DNA from: an uncultured Acidobacteriota bacterium
GTDB taxonomy: Bacteria > Acidobacteriota > Thermoanaerobaculia > Multivoradales > UBA5704
Length of the DNA stretch: 64,000 nt
Direction of reading: 5' to 3'
Assembly: GCA_963756455.1 (NCBI GenBank)
Contig: CAVWNC010000004.1
Coordinates: 503,098-567,097 of the forward strand
Below, one piece after another: positions 17,190 through 26,399 of the stretch. Below the pieces are notes generated by a model that saw only the letters and a program-made list of their open reading frames with translations, was not told the DNA's origin and searched no databases. Made by a program: the position numbers and the translations under genes. How positions within the stretch are numbered: position 1 is the stretch's first letter; the number at the start of each line of letters is the position of its first letter.

Positions 17190-17231
17190 TGAGTGGAGAC
17201 GACGTCGTATAAGCGGAAGTCGAGGAGGACT

Positions 17232-18431
17232 TTACGGCTTGGCGGCGGGCATAATCGCCACGAAACGCGCTTCCGAGAGAGCGCCTTTCTCGAAGATGCG
17301 GACGACGAGGCCCGAGCCGTTCGCGGTCGCGGCGCAGCCGGAGAGGAGCACGAGGGTCCCGGCGCGCGGGGAGAGGACGTGGCTGACCTCCAGGCGGTCG
17401 TCGTTCTTCGTCCGGATCTCGCTCTTCGAGTGGGCGAGGGTGACCCACTCGCCGGCCGGGTTCAGACGGGTGAGGAAGAGCGCCTCTTCGTCCGGGGTGC
17501 GGCGGTCGAACCAGGCGAGCTCCAACGGCCCGCGCCGGTCGCCGGTGGGGAGGTCGATCCAGTAGTCCTTGCCCTGGCGCCAGATGCCGGTGGTGCCTGT
17601 GTTGCCCCACGGGGTCCAGGTCGAGCGGCGCCAGCTTTTGCCGGAGTCTGAAGAGAGATAGATGGCGCCGTCGGCCGAGAGATAGGCGGCGCCGCCACCG
17701 GTCAGGGAGACGACGGCGCCGCGCCGGGCGGGAGGCAGATCGGGGAGCCCCTGCACCCAGACCTCGGGAGGACCGGAGGCGAGGAACAGGCCGGTGCCCG
17801 AGAGCACGCCGTCCTTGTGCTGCGGTGAGGGGACCGCCTCGAGGTCGCCCACGGCGGTCACCAGGAGGTTCCCCTTGCTCCGCCAATCGCGCTCTTCGAG
17901 GCGGTAGGCCCAGGCCCGCACGACGCCGACCTCTTTCCCCTGACCCTGGACGACGAGCCAGGGCGTCCCGGTCTCGTCGTAGGTGGCGGCGGCGGTGATG
18001 ACGGCGGGGGCAACGATCGGCTCTCCAAGGGGCTCCCAGGCGCCGTCCTTGAAGCGGACCGGCTGCAGGCAACCGGCGCCGCAGTTACGGGCGGCGACGA
18101 CCGGTCCCGGTCCCACCGAGCCGCCGAAGCGGCCCTCCCCGGGATCGGGATAGGCAGTCGCCGAGCTGCCGTCCGCCGCCATCTCGACGACCCAGGCCTG
18201 CGGGCTGCCGGCGAACGGCGGCACCGAGAGGAGAACCCGGCCGGACGCGGTGTCCGTGCCGATAGGCGTCAGGGCGGAAGTGCCGTCGCAGATCCGCTGC
18301 AGGCTCGACGTGGCCGGTGAGGTCTCCGATGTCGCCGACAGGGCATGCACGGGCTCGGGCGGTGGCGCGGCGGCGAAGAGCTGTGGGGCGAAGAGCAGGG
18401 CAGCGGCGGAGAGGAGAGCTCGGATTTTCAT
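17232..18431 (-). CDS. secreted hypothetical protein with a BNR/Asp-box-like motif
   Basis: Signal peptide MKIRALLSAAALLFAPQLFAAAPP. SSDSGKSW matches the S-x-D-x-G-x-x-W Asp-box. No other motif recognised. Confidence 0.5.
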   Translation of the reverse strand: MKIRALLSAAALLFAPQLFAAAPPPEPVHALSATSETSPATSSLQRICDGTSALTPIGTDTASGRVLLSVPPFAGSPQAWVVEMAADGSSATAYPDPGEGRFGGSVGPGPVVAARNCGAGCLQPVRFKDGAWEPLGEPIVAPAVITAAATYDETGTPWLVVQGQGKEVGVVRAWAYRLEERDWRSKGNLLVTAVGDLEAVPSPQHKDGVLSGTGLFLASGPPEVWVQGLPDLPPARRGAVVSLTGGGAAYLSADGAIYLSSDSGKSWRRSTWTPWGNTGTTGIWRQGKDYWIDLPTGDRRGPLELAWFDRRTPDEEALFLTRLNPAGEWVTLAHSKSEIRTKNDDRLEVSHVLSPRAGTLVLLSGCAATANGSGLVVRIFEKGALSEARFVAIMPAAKP

Positions 18432-18453
18432 AGGGATTAGGTCGAGCGAGAGG

Positions 18454-18675
18454 TCAGCGAGCGAGTTGGTAGATCAAGGGACGATAACGGGGCGCAGGGA
18501 TAGGCTTTCCGGTCTCCCTTGCCGCCGAGAGCCAGGCTTCGCGCGCCTGTTCGACCTGAGCCAGAGCCTCTTCCGCGGTTCCACCGAAGGCCGAGCACGC
18601 GTCGAGGTCTGGAATATCGGCGATATATCCACCGTCCTCATCGCTGTAGAAAATGTTGATATGGTAATCGGTCAC
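18454..18675 (-). CDS. hicB: HicB-family antitoxin
   Basis: MTDYHINIFYSDEDGGYIADIPDLDACSAFGGTAEEALAQVEQAREAWLSAARETGKPIPAP matches the UPF0150/HicB pattern (EDGGY.A..PDL.GC...G.T.EEAL, with P-I/L-P at the C-terminus). Confidence 0.75.
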   Translation of the reverse strand: MTDYHINIFYSDEDGGYIADIPDLDACSAFGGTAEEALAQVEQAREAWLSAARETGKPIPAPRYRPLIYQLAR

Positions 18676-18677
18676 CG

Positions 18678-18929
18678 CTACTCCTCCAGGTGGAGATTGT
18701 ACCGCTCGATCAGCTTCAAGAGTTGGCGAATCTGGTAGGGCTTGGCTTCGCCGCCGACCTCTTGCAGATTGACGAGCTCCGGAATGGATGGGTGGGTGAA
18801 CACGTGATGGCTGCCGCTGACTCGGGTTTGCCGAAAGCCGAAGCCTTCCGCCAGGCTGCGCAGATCCGCGAAATCCACATTGTGCAGAGCGCCCTGAGCC
18901 AACTTCTTAAGTAGGGCTCTGCGCTTCAT
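18678..18929 (-). CDS. hicA: HicA-family mRNA-interferase toxin
   Basis: FRQTRVSGSHHVFTHPSIPELVNLQEVGGEAKPYQIRQLLKLIE matches the YcfA/HicA signature (GSHH.F.HP...K.YQ.RQ). The start overlaps the stop of the upstream acetyltransferase gene by 4 bp. Confidence 0.7.
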   Translation of the reverse strand: MKRRALLKKLAQGALHNVDFADLRSLAEGFGFRQTRVSGSHHVFTHPSIPELVNLQEVGGEAKPYQIRQLLKLIERYNLHLEE

Positions 18930-19456
18930 CCCGCCTTCGTCCCACCGCGAATCACCCGCGCCGGCACGCCCGCCACCGTGGCGCCCCGGGGAACGTCGGC
19001 GAGCACCACCGCGCCGGCCCCGATCACCGCGTCGTCGCCGACCGTGATCCCGCCGAGCACCCGGGCACCGGTGCCGATCGTCACCCGGTCTCCCACCCGC
19101 GGGCAGTCGAGCTCGTCGAAGCGGACCTCCCCCAGGGTGACGCCGTGGAGGAGCGTACAGTCCTCGCCGATCACCGTCCGGCCGCCGATGACGAGCCCCA
19201 GGGCATGGGCGATGATGCAGCCGCCGCCGATCTCCGCCCGCGGCAGGATGTCGACCCCGCAGTAGGCGATCGCCCAGCGCCGGCAGACGGCGGGGAGGAG
19301 CGGCACCCCCCAGACGGCGAGCGTGTGGCCCAGGCGGTAGGCGAGGAGAGCCTGGAAGCCGGCATCGAAGAGCAGGGAGTCGGCGAACGCGAAGAGGAAG
19401 CCGCGGCCCTTGACCGTGCGCAGGCGCGAAAAGTCACGGGAAAGCCGCGGCCACAT
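18926..19456 (-). CDS. hexapeptide-repeat acetyltransferase of the serine O-acetyltransferase (CysE/WcaB-like) family
   Basis: N-terminal SAT-like helix FADSLLFDAGFQALLAYRLGH. Left-handed beta-helix hexapeptides IGGGCIIAHALGLVIGGRTVIGEDCTLLHGVTLG. Confidence 0.65.
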   Translation of the reverse strand: MWPRLSRDFSRLRTVKGRGFLFAFADSLLFDAGFQALLAYRLGHTLAVWGVPLLPAVCRRWAIAYCGVDILPRAEIGGGCIIAHALGLVIGGRTVIGEDCTLLHGVTLGEVRFDELDCPRVGDRVTIGTGARVLGGITVGDDAVIGAGAVVLADVPRGATVAGVPARVIRGGTKAG

Positions 19457-20254
19457 CTAGGCGGCGCCCGCTTTCCGGGGAGCCCGCCGGAAGGCGCGGA
19501 GGAGCCCCAGCCGCGGCAGGCGGCTGTAGAGGGGATAGAGCCCGTTCGCCTTGAGTCGCCGCTCGAAACGGCTCTCCCCGGGATTGACGATCAGCCGCGG
19601 CAGGGCGAAGGGGTCGCCCGCCCGGGCGCCGGGGTGAGCCTGGATACCCACGGCCGCCAGGTAGCCGGCCTCGGCCACCGCGGCGCGGGCCCGCTCGTCG
19701 AGCCGGCCATAGGGGTAGCAGAAGGTCCGGACGGGGACCCCGAACGCCGCCTCCAGATCCTGCCGCGAGCCGGCGACTTCCCCCGCCAGCTCCGCCGCCG
19801 AGCTGGTGGTCAGGTCGCGGTGGGTACGGGAATGAGAGCCGATCTCGATTCCGGAGTCGGCGAGACGCCGCAACGCCTCGGCACCCAGGAGCCGCTCTTC
19901 CCGTTCCCCTGCCGTCCGGTCCCACCGGTTGCTCCCCCCAAGCTCGCCCGAAACCGCGAAGAGGGTCGCCGTCATGCCCCGTGTCTGCAACTCCGGGAAG
20001 GCATACTCGGCGAAGCAGCGGCAGCCGTCGTCGAAAGTGAGAACGACGCTCCGCCGCGGCAGGGATTCCCCCTCACCAGCTCTCGCCACTGCCTCGGCGA
20101 GAGTCCACGTCCGGTAGCCCCGGGCAGCGAGGTCGTCCAGGAAGCGGGCGAAGTCGGCGCGGTCGAGATAGCTGTTCGGATGGAGGGGAGGCGGCGCGAG
20201 GGGGCCAGGCTCGACGTGGTGGAGCATGAGGATGGGGGTGGAGAGGGGGGGCAT
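19457..20254 (-). CDS. polysaccharide deacetylase (NodB homology domain)
   Basis: VVLTFDDGCRCF (TFDDG motif) and IGSHSRTHRDL (His motif). Confidence 0.7.
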   Translation of the reverse strand: MPPLSTPILMLHHVEPGPLAPPPLHPNSYLDRADFARFLDDLAARGYRTWTLAEAVARAGEGESLPRRSVVLTFDDGCRCFAEYAFPELQTRGMTATLFAVSGELGGSNRWDRTAGEREERLLGAEALRRLADSGIEIGSHSRTHRDLTTSSAAELAGEVAGSRQDLEAAFGVPVRTFCYPYGRLDERARAAVAEAGYLAAVGIQAHPGARAGDPFALPRLIVNPGESRFERRLKANGLYPLYSRLPRLGLLRAFRRAPRKAGAA

Positions 20255-20275
20255 GGTGGGATCGAAACCAGGGTA

Positions 20276-21451
20276 TCACTCGGGGAATCGAGCTAGAAGT
20301 GCGCGTCGCCCAAGCCCTCGCAGCATCTCCGCATACGCCCGCACCGTCCCGCCAACGGGGAAGCGCTCGGCCCTCCTGCGCGGGATCTCTCCCCAATCCC
20401 GGCCGAGCGCCGCTTCGAGCGCCGCGGCATAGGCAGCGACGTTCGTCACGTCGCAGAAGATCCCCGCCTCGCCCACCACCTCGCGCCGCACCTCGTCGTC
20501 CGGAGCCACGGCGGGGCGGCCGCAGGCCAGGGCTTCCAGGTAGGTGAGGCCGAACGACTCGGTGAGCGAGGGGAGGGTCAGGCAATCGGCGGCGGTGTAC
20601 CAGGAGGGCATGGCGGAACGCGGCACGGCCGAGCGCAGGTAGCGGCCGGGGAGGAGCCGTGCTCCCAGCCGGTCGACGGCGGCGGCTTCCGGTCCCTCTC
20701 CCAGGAGGACGAGGCTACCCCGCCCCAGGCGCGCCACCGCCTCGACCGCGAGGTGCATCCGCTTGTGCTCGTCGATCGCCCCGGCGGCGAGGACGATCGG
20801 CCGCGGCAGGTCGAGCGGCACGGGCGGGGCGTCCGGTCGAAAGAGCTCCAGGTCGATCCCATGCGGGATGACCGCGATCCGCGCCCGCGGCGCCCGGGCC
20901 CGGATCATCCGCGCCGCGGCCGCGGTGAAGGTCACCACCCGGTTCGGACCCTGGCGCGCGAACGCTCCCTCCCACTTCGGGCTGTTGCCGTGGGCGATGT
21001 CGACGAAGGGGACCCTCTTGAGCCGCCGCAGCAGCCGGCAGAGCCAGGCCCCCACGATCCCGCCCTCCATGACGACGGCGTCGAAGTCGCCGCTCCAGAG
21101 CCGCGGGAAGGCGGCGAGGGCGGCGGTGTCCCATTCGAGGTTCAGGGGATCGAGAAAGAGAGTGTCGAGGGCCTTCCGACCCAGCCGGGTGGCCGAGTAG
21201 AGGGCGTTCACCAGTCGTTGGTCCCGCGGAATCGCTCCGATCCGCTCGATCCGCACGCCGGGAATGGACGCCTCGCCCCGGCAGTAGAGGGTGACGGAGA
21301 AGCCATGCTCGCGGACGAGCGTCGCGGCGAGCTCGACGACGAAGGCCTCCGCCCCGCGGTTGAGGAGGCCGACGCCGGGCATGAGGAAGGCGATGTTCAA
21401 CGGGGGCTCGCGGGGGAGGTCCACTCTCGGCTCGATTGTATCTCCCGCCAC
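20276..21451 (-). CDS. glycosyltransferase family 4 (GT-B, retaining)
   Basis: C-terminal ESFGLTYLEALACGRPAVAPD matches the GT4 E-x7-E region. The exact start is uncertain and the gene may overlap the preceding gene end. Confidence 0.65.
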   Translation of the reverse strand: MAGDTIEPRVDLPREPPLNIAFLMPGVGLLNRGAEAFVVELAATLVREHGFSVTLYCRGEASIPGVRIERIGAIPRDQRLVNALYSATRLGRKALDTLFLDPLNLEWDTAALAAFPRLWSGDFDAVVMEGGIVGAWLCRLLRRLKRVPFVDIAHGNSPKWEGAFARQGPNRVVTFTAAAARMIRARAPRARIAVIPHGIDLELFRPDAPPVPLDLPRPIVLAAGAIDEHKRMHLAVEAVARLGRGSLVLLGEGPEAAAVDRLGARLLPGRYLRSAVPRSAMPSWYTAADCLTLPSLTESFGLTYLEALACGRPAVAPDDEVRREVVGEAGIFCDVTNVAAYAAALEAALGRDWGEIPRRRAERFPVGGTVRAYAEMLRGLGRRALLARFPE

Positions 21452-22632
21452 ACCGCCTCCGCCGCCAGCCGGATCCCCGCCGCGTTCCAGTGCGTGTCGT
21501 CCCGCCAGTAGAGGTACTTGTGCCGGGGGAGCCCTGAGGCGGCCTGGGCCGTGAAGAGGGGTGTCACGTCGACGACGGGCAATCCGGACGCCCGGAGCCG
21601 GTCCGCCAGGCCCGCCAGCAGCCGGGCTCCCTCGGGCTCCCGCGGCCCTCCCGTGGTGAGCGGCCCGTACACGGTGTATTTGTTGGGCACGAGGAGGACC
21701 ACCAGCTGAAGGTCGTGCTGCCTGACCTTCTCCGCGTACCAGGTGAGATAGTCGCTCCAGCCTGTGACCAGGGGCTCTGGATCTCCCACGGGCCCCAAGT
21801 CCCAGGGAATGAAGAGCATCTCGTCGCCGCCGGGGAGCGGGCGGCGGACCACGGCATCGCGCTGGCCGTTGGGTTCGAAGACGTCATCCTGGAACCACCT
21901 TAAGAATCGGACGGTCTCGATGTGGAGCGGGGATTCGACCCAGGGGGAGAGCCGGTGCACCGTCGGCAGGAGGCGGGTCTCGAAGGCGCCGGCGGCATTG
22001 GGGGCATTGGCGGCATTGGCGGCATTGACGGCCCGGCCCGGCGGGTAGGCGACCACCGGGGCGTCGACGCGGGTCGGCGGCGCGATGCGCGCCTGCCGTT
22101 CGAGGAGCTCGTAGATCGCGAGGCCCGGCCGGAGCTTCAGGGTCTGGGCAAGAGAGGCCAGCGGGTCCGGCGGAGGGGGGCCGGGCGGCAGGGAGAATCC
22201 CGCGTTGTAGAAACGGGCGCCCGCGAGTTGGGTGAGCTGGCCGGAGAAGGTTTCCGCCTCAGGCTCGGCATGCCCCACGATGAACGAGTCGCCGGTCACG
22301 ATCCCAAGGTAGCGCTCGCGGTCGATGTCGTAACCGTTTCTGAAGCCCAGCCGGTCGACGTGAAACTCCTCGTCGTGGTACTGCCGCAAGCCCCGTAAGT
22401 TCCCCATGGACGCGAGATCGCCATACGCCCGGCGCATCCGCACCACCTTGCCCGGCTCGAAGGGACCCGGAGCGCTCAAGGTGGTGCGGAGCGCCGGCTC
22501 CCAGACGCGGAAGGCGACGAGGTCGAGCGGCAGGAAGCGCCCGGCGAGATCGGCGACGAGGACGAGCACCATGAGCGCGGGGAGGAGCGTCCCGAGCTGC
22601 CAGAAGCGTCTCGTCCTGGGTGCCGTCGCCAT
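21397..22632 (-). CDS. AlgJ/AlgX-like DHHW-family SGNH-fold polysaccharide O-acetyltransferase
   Basis: N-terminal membrane anchor. YLYWRDDTHWN (D-x-H-W motif). Located immediately after the MBOAT gene. Contains an NAANAANAPNAAG stretch encoded by the ggcattgg microsatellite. Confidence 0.55.
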   Translation of the reverse strand: MATAPRTRRFWQLGTLLPALMVLVLVADLAGRFLPLDLVAFRVWEPALRTTLSAPGPFEPGKVVRMRRAYGDLASMGNLRGLRQYHDEEFHVDRLGFRNGYDIDRERYLGIVTGDSFIVGHAEPEAETFSGQLTQLAGARFYNAGFSLPPGPPPPDPLASLAQTLKLRPGLAIYELLERQARIAPPTRVDAPVVAYPPGRAVNAANAANAPNAAGAFETRLLPTVHRLSPWVESPLHIETVRFLRWFQDDVFEPNGQRDAVVRRPLPGGDEMLFIPWDLGPVGDPEPLVTGWSDYLTWYAEKVRQHDLQLVVLLVPNKYTVYGPLTTGGPREPEGARLLAGLADRLRASGLPVVDVTPLFTAQAASGLPRHKYLYWRDDTHWNAAGIRLAAEAVWREIQSSREWTSPASPR

Positions 22633-22633
22633 G

Positions 22634-24034
22634 TCAGAACTGGGAATAGAGGAACGGCGAGGCCGTCCCTCCGGCGATGATGGCCAGGCAGAGGGCGTAG
22701 CCGACGGCGAAGGCGGCCGTCCAGCCCGGCCGCCAGTCGTGCTCGATCTCCCAGGTGTTGGGAGCGAAATGCGCGATGCCGGAGGCGACCCCGAGCGCCA
22801 GGAGGAGCCCCACCGTGGCGGGCATGCCCGCCGTGCCGGAGACGTTGGGGTGATAGCTGAACATGCGGCCGAGCATCACCGTCGCCATTTGAAAGTCGGT
22901 GGCGCGGAAGAAGAGCCAACCGAAGACGACGGCGAAGAAGGTGACCGTTCTCCGCACGGTTACGTTCACCCGCTCCAACGGTTCGGCGAAGAGGCGGTTG
23001 AGGCAGAGGAGCGCTCCGTGATAGCCGCCCCAGAAGACGAAGGTCCAATTGGCGCCATGCCAAAGACCGCCGAGGAGCATGGTGATCATCAGGTTGCGAT
23101 AGGTTTTCCCCTCCCCCTTTCGGCTTCCCCCGAGGGGAATGTAAAGGTAATCCCTGAGGCAGGTGGAGAGCGAGATGTGCCAGCGGCGCCAGAAATCCGC
23201 GATGTCGACCGACTTGTACGGCGAATTGAAATTCTGCGGCAGGCGGAGGCCGAAGAGGAGCCCGAGGCCGACCGCCATGTCGCTGTAGCCCGAGAAGTCG
23301 AAATAGAGCTGGTAGGTGTAGCCGAGGAGGCAGAGCCAGGTCTCGAAGGTCGAGAGCTGCGCATAGCCTGAGAGCGCGGGGTTGATGATGCGGGCGATCG
23401 TATCAGCGAGGAGAACCTTCTTCATCATACCGATGGCGAAGAACGACCAGCCGCGGTCGAGATTGCGGACGCGGTCGGCCTGTCCCAGGTTTTCCAGATC
23501 GCTCTCGATCTGGCGAAAGCGCACGATCGGCCCCGCCACCAGCTGCGGAAAGAGGCAGACGTAGCAGGCGAGCTCGAAGAAGTTTTTAGTCGGCGTGATC
23601 GTGCCGCGATAACTGTCGACGATGTAGGTGATCGTATGGAACGTGTAGAACGAGATGCCGATGGGAAGGAGGATGTCCAGGGGTTGGACGTTTAAGGGAT
23701 GCGCGAAGAAGCGTGCGAGGGCCGCAGCGGTTGAAAGACCGAAATTCACATATTTGAAAAACCCAAGGAGCAGGAGGTCGACGGTGATCGGGAGCACCAG
23801 GCAGAGCTTCCTTAGGCGGGGGGTGTGCCAGCGGAGCATCCCGAGGCCGGCAGCGTAGCTCACCAGGGTCGAGAAGGCCATCAGGCCGCAGAATTTATAG
23901 TTCCAGCTGCCATAGAAGACGTAGCCCGCGATCGTCAGCCAGACATAGCGCTGATCTTTCGTCCGCAACCGCCAGAAGACGAAATAGACGATGGGGAGGA
24001 AGAGAAAGAGAAATTTGAGGCTGTTGAAGAGCAC
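22634..24034 (-). CDS. MBOAT-family membrane-bound O-acyltransferase (AlgI/DltB-like)
   Basis: 466 aa and polytopic. WRRWHISLSTCLRDYLYIPLGG...LWHG matches the conserved MBOAT His region. Confidence 0.75.
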   Translation of the reverse strand: MLFNSLKFLFLFLPIVYFVFWRLRTKDQRYVWLTIAGYVFYGSWNYKFCGLMAFSTLVSYAAGLGMLRWHTPRLRKLCLVLPITVDLLLLGFFKYVNFGLSTAAALARFFAHPLNVQPLDILLPIGISFYTFHTITYIVDSYRGTITPTKNFFELACYVCLFPQLVAGPIVRFRQIESDLENLGQADRVRNLDRGWSFFAIGMMKKVLLADTIARIINPALSGYAQLSTFETWLCLLGYTYQLYFDFSGYSDMAVGLGLLFGLRLPQNFNSPYKSVDIADFWRRWHISLSTCLRDYLYIPLGGSRKGEGKTYRNLMITMLLGGLWHGANWTFVFWGGYHGALLCLNRLFAEPLERVNVTVRRTVTFFAVVFGWLFFRATDFQMATVMLGRMFSYHPNVSGTAGMPATVGLLLALGVASGIAHFAPNTWEIEHDWRPGWTAAFAVGYALCLAIIAGGTASPFLYSQF

Positions 24035-24043
24035 GGCGAGCTT

Positions 24044-25462
24044 TTAGGTGGCGGAGGCGAAGAGCGCTTTGAGCGGCTTGGCGAACTTCGCCGCGTAGAC
24101 GAGCGCCGCGACCGTCGCCGCTACGAGCGAGGCCGCGAAGAGCGCCCAGCTGTCTTTCGGACAGAGCCAGCCGGCCAAGAGGAAGAGGGGGAGAGGGACG
24201 AGGTAGAGGAAGGCGAGGTCTTGCCCTAAGCGCCAGAACTCCGCGGGCGAGATGCGGTAGACCCGCCAGGCGAGGAGCCAGTTGCCGAGGAGGAGGTACT
24301 GCGCCCAGGCGAGGCCGGCGGCGCCCCAGGCGCGGGTGAAGAGGATGCCGAAGAGGAGGAGGGAGGCGAGGTTCAAAGCCACCGCCGCGAACCAGGAGCG
24401 GTCCTGCCCCTCGACTTTCAACACCTCTCCCCCCAGGCGGGAGAAGGGGTCGGTCAGGGGGACGAAGCAGAGGATGCGGAGGATCGGCACCGCCGGCCCC
24501 CAGTTGTGACCGATCAAGATCTGGAGGAGGACGACCCGGGCGTTCCAGAAGAGGAAATAGGCGGCGAGGGTTTCGAGGGCGAGGATGGTCACCGTCCCCA
24601 GCCGGTAGGCGGCGAGGAAGCGCGGGCGGTCCTCGGTGCGGTACTCGACGAGCGCCGGGTAGAGCACCCGGGCGACCGCCGGGAGCACCAGGGCCTGGAG
24701 GCGGAAGCCCCAGTCGCGGGCCTTGCCGTACTGGCCCACCATCCCGACCTTGGTGTAGGCGCCGAGGATGAAGCGCGACACGTAGGGCACCGGGAGGGCG
24801 GCGAGCGCGATGAGGAAGAGATAGTTGCTCCGGGCGAGGAGGCCGGGGAGGAGCGCGAAGTCTTTCTTCCCCAGCTCGAGATGTAGGCGGCCGCGCACCC
24901 GCCACCAGAGGAGGGCGGCGAAGAGCGCGGCGCCGGTGAGCTCGCCGGCGACCAGGCTCCAGACCCCGAAACCGCGGAGGGCGAGGGCGACCGCCACGAG
25001 GGCGATCGAGAGGCCGCGGAGGATCTCGGGCAGCACCAGCCGGCCGACGGCAAGCTCGCGCTCGAAGAAGAGCTTGGGGACGACCGCTAGACCGTCCAGG
25101 AACACCCAGAGCGCAAAGACCCGGAGGATCGCGGGGAGTCCGGCGGCCCCCTCCGACAGGTGGGCGAAGAGCGGGGCTCCCAGAGAGAGAGCGAGAGCGA
25201 GGAGCGCCCCGGCCGCGGTCACCCAGAGAAAGACCGCGCCGTAGGGGCGGCGCTCGTCCCGCACCAGCTGGTAGGGGAGCCCGACGTCTCTGAAGATGCT
25301 CGCCACCATGACCACCCCCAAGGCGAGCTCGAAGAGGCCATGGTCGTCCGGCACGAGGAGCCGGGCGAGGAGGACGTCCCCGGCGGCGCGGATGAGCAGG
25401 CGGCCGATCTGGCTGCCGTAGGCCGCGAGGGTCGAATGGAGGAAGCGGCGCTCGGTCGTCAT
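24044..25462 (-). CDS. Wzx-like polysaccharide flippase (MOP superfamily)
   Basis: 472 aa with about 12 to 14 TM helices. Composition is typical of oligosaccharide flippases. Sits in the EPS operon. Confidence 0.55.
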   Translation of the reverse strand: MTTERRFLHSTLAAYGSQIGRLLIRAAGDVLLARLLVPDDHGLFELALGVVMVASIFRDVGLPYQLVRDERRPYGAVFLWVTAAGALLALALSLGAPLFAHLSEGAAGLPAILRVFALWVFLDGLAVVPKLFFERELAVGRLVLPEILRGLSIALVAVALALRGFGVWSLVAGELTGAALFAALLWWRVRGRLHLELGKKDFALLPGLLARSNYLFLIALAALPVPYVSRFILGAYTKVGMVGQYGKARDWGFRLQALVLPAVARVLYPALVEYRTEDRPRFLAAYRLGTVTILALETLAAYFLFWNARVVLLQILIGHNWGPAVPILRILCFVPLTDPFSRLGGEVLKVEGQDRSWFAAVALNLASLLLFGILFTRAWGAAGLAWAQYLLLGNWLLAWRVYRISPAEFWRLGQDLAFLYLVPLPLFLLAGWLCPKDSWALFAASLVAATVAALVYAAKFAKPLKALFASAT

Positions 25463-26382
25463 CGCGGATCAGAGGACGGTCGCGGAGAGGCGGGCCAACT
25501 CGCCAGGACGGAGCGGTACCAGGCGCGGCGGAAGGCGATCACCCCCGGGAGGGCCGGCAGGCAGCCGGCGAGCGCCTGGCGATGGTCCAGGAAGATCGCC
25601 AGGCTCCCGGTGATCGCCTTGACCGGCGCGGTCCAGGCGAGGCGGCGGCGGCTCGCCCAGGTCGGGCCGGTGGCGAAGGCCTCCGGGTGGCGGACGCGGA
25701 AGGCATGGAAATGGGCGCCGTACCAGGTGGCGTGCTCGACGAGCGAAAGGCGGCTGGTGCGGACCGCCGCGTGCTCGACCCGGGCCTCCGGCACGAAGGC
25801 GGTGGCGAGGCCGAGCTTGCGGGCGCGGAGAACCCAGTCGTGGTCCTCGGAGGTCGTCAACGCCTCGTCGAAGGGGCCGACCCGCTCCCAGGCGTCTCTG
25901 CGGACGGCCAGGTTCAGGCTGCCGAGCGGTCGGCGGCTGTCGGCCTCGGCCGGGCGGTCGGCAAGGAGCTCGTGGAAGGAGGCGATGTTGTCGGCGAGCG
26001 CCCAGCGGTCCCCGCCCCGGGGGAACTCGACGGCGCCGCCCGCGATCGGCGCCCGGTCGAGGGCGGCGGCCAGGGCCTCCACCCAGCCGGGGGCGGGACG
26101 GCAGTCGGCGTCGATGAAAAGGAGGCGAGAGCCGCGCGCCACCCCGACCGCCCGGTTGCGGGCCGCCGCCGGGTTCAGCCGCTCCGCGGTCTCGACGAAG
26201 CGGAGCCCTGAGCCGGTACGCTCACGCGGCACCTTCCCCGGCGCGTCTTTTCCCACGACGACGACCTCGATCCCGGGACCGGGCGCCCCCTGCCCGGCCA
26301 GGGCGGCGAGCGTCCGGTCGACCCAGGGGGAGTCGAGATCCGGGATGAGAACGCTGAGGAGGCTGACGTCGGGGTCGGGCAA
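25459..26382 (-). CDS. glycosyltransferase family 2
   Basis: SLLSVLIPDLDSPW..., LLFIDADCRP (DxD) and TSEDHDW. There is no in-frame ATG after the LeuDH stop, so a TTG start at about 26382 is assumed. Track ORF 25459..27369 is partly antisense junk. Confidence 0.55.
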   Translation of the reverse strand: MPDPDVSLLSVLIPDLDSPWVDRTLAALAGQGAPGPGIEVVVVGKDAPGKVPRERTGSGLRFVETAERLNPAAARNRAVGVARGSRLLFIDADCRPAPGWVEALAAALDRAPIAGGAVEFPRGGDRWALADNIASFHELLADRPAEADSRRPLGSLNLAVRRDAWERVGPFDEALTTSEDHDWVLRARKLGLATAFVPEARVEHAAVRTSRLSLVEHATWYGAHFHAFRVRHPEAFATGPTWASRRRLAWTAPVKAITGSLAIFLDHRQALAGCLPALPGVIAFRRAWYRSVLASWPASPRPSSDPR

Positions 26383-26399
26383 GGGACTCCGGGGCTGCC

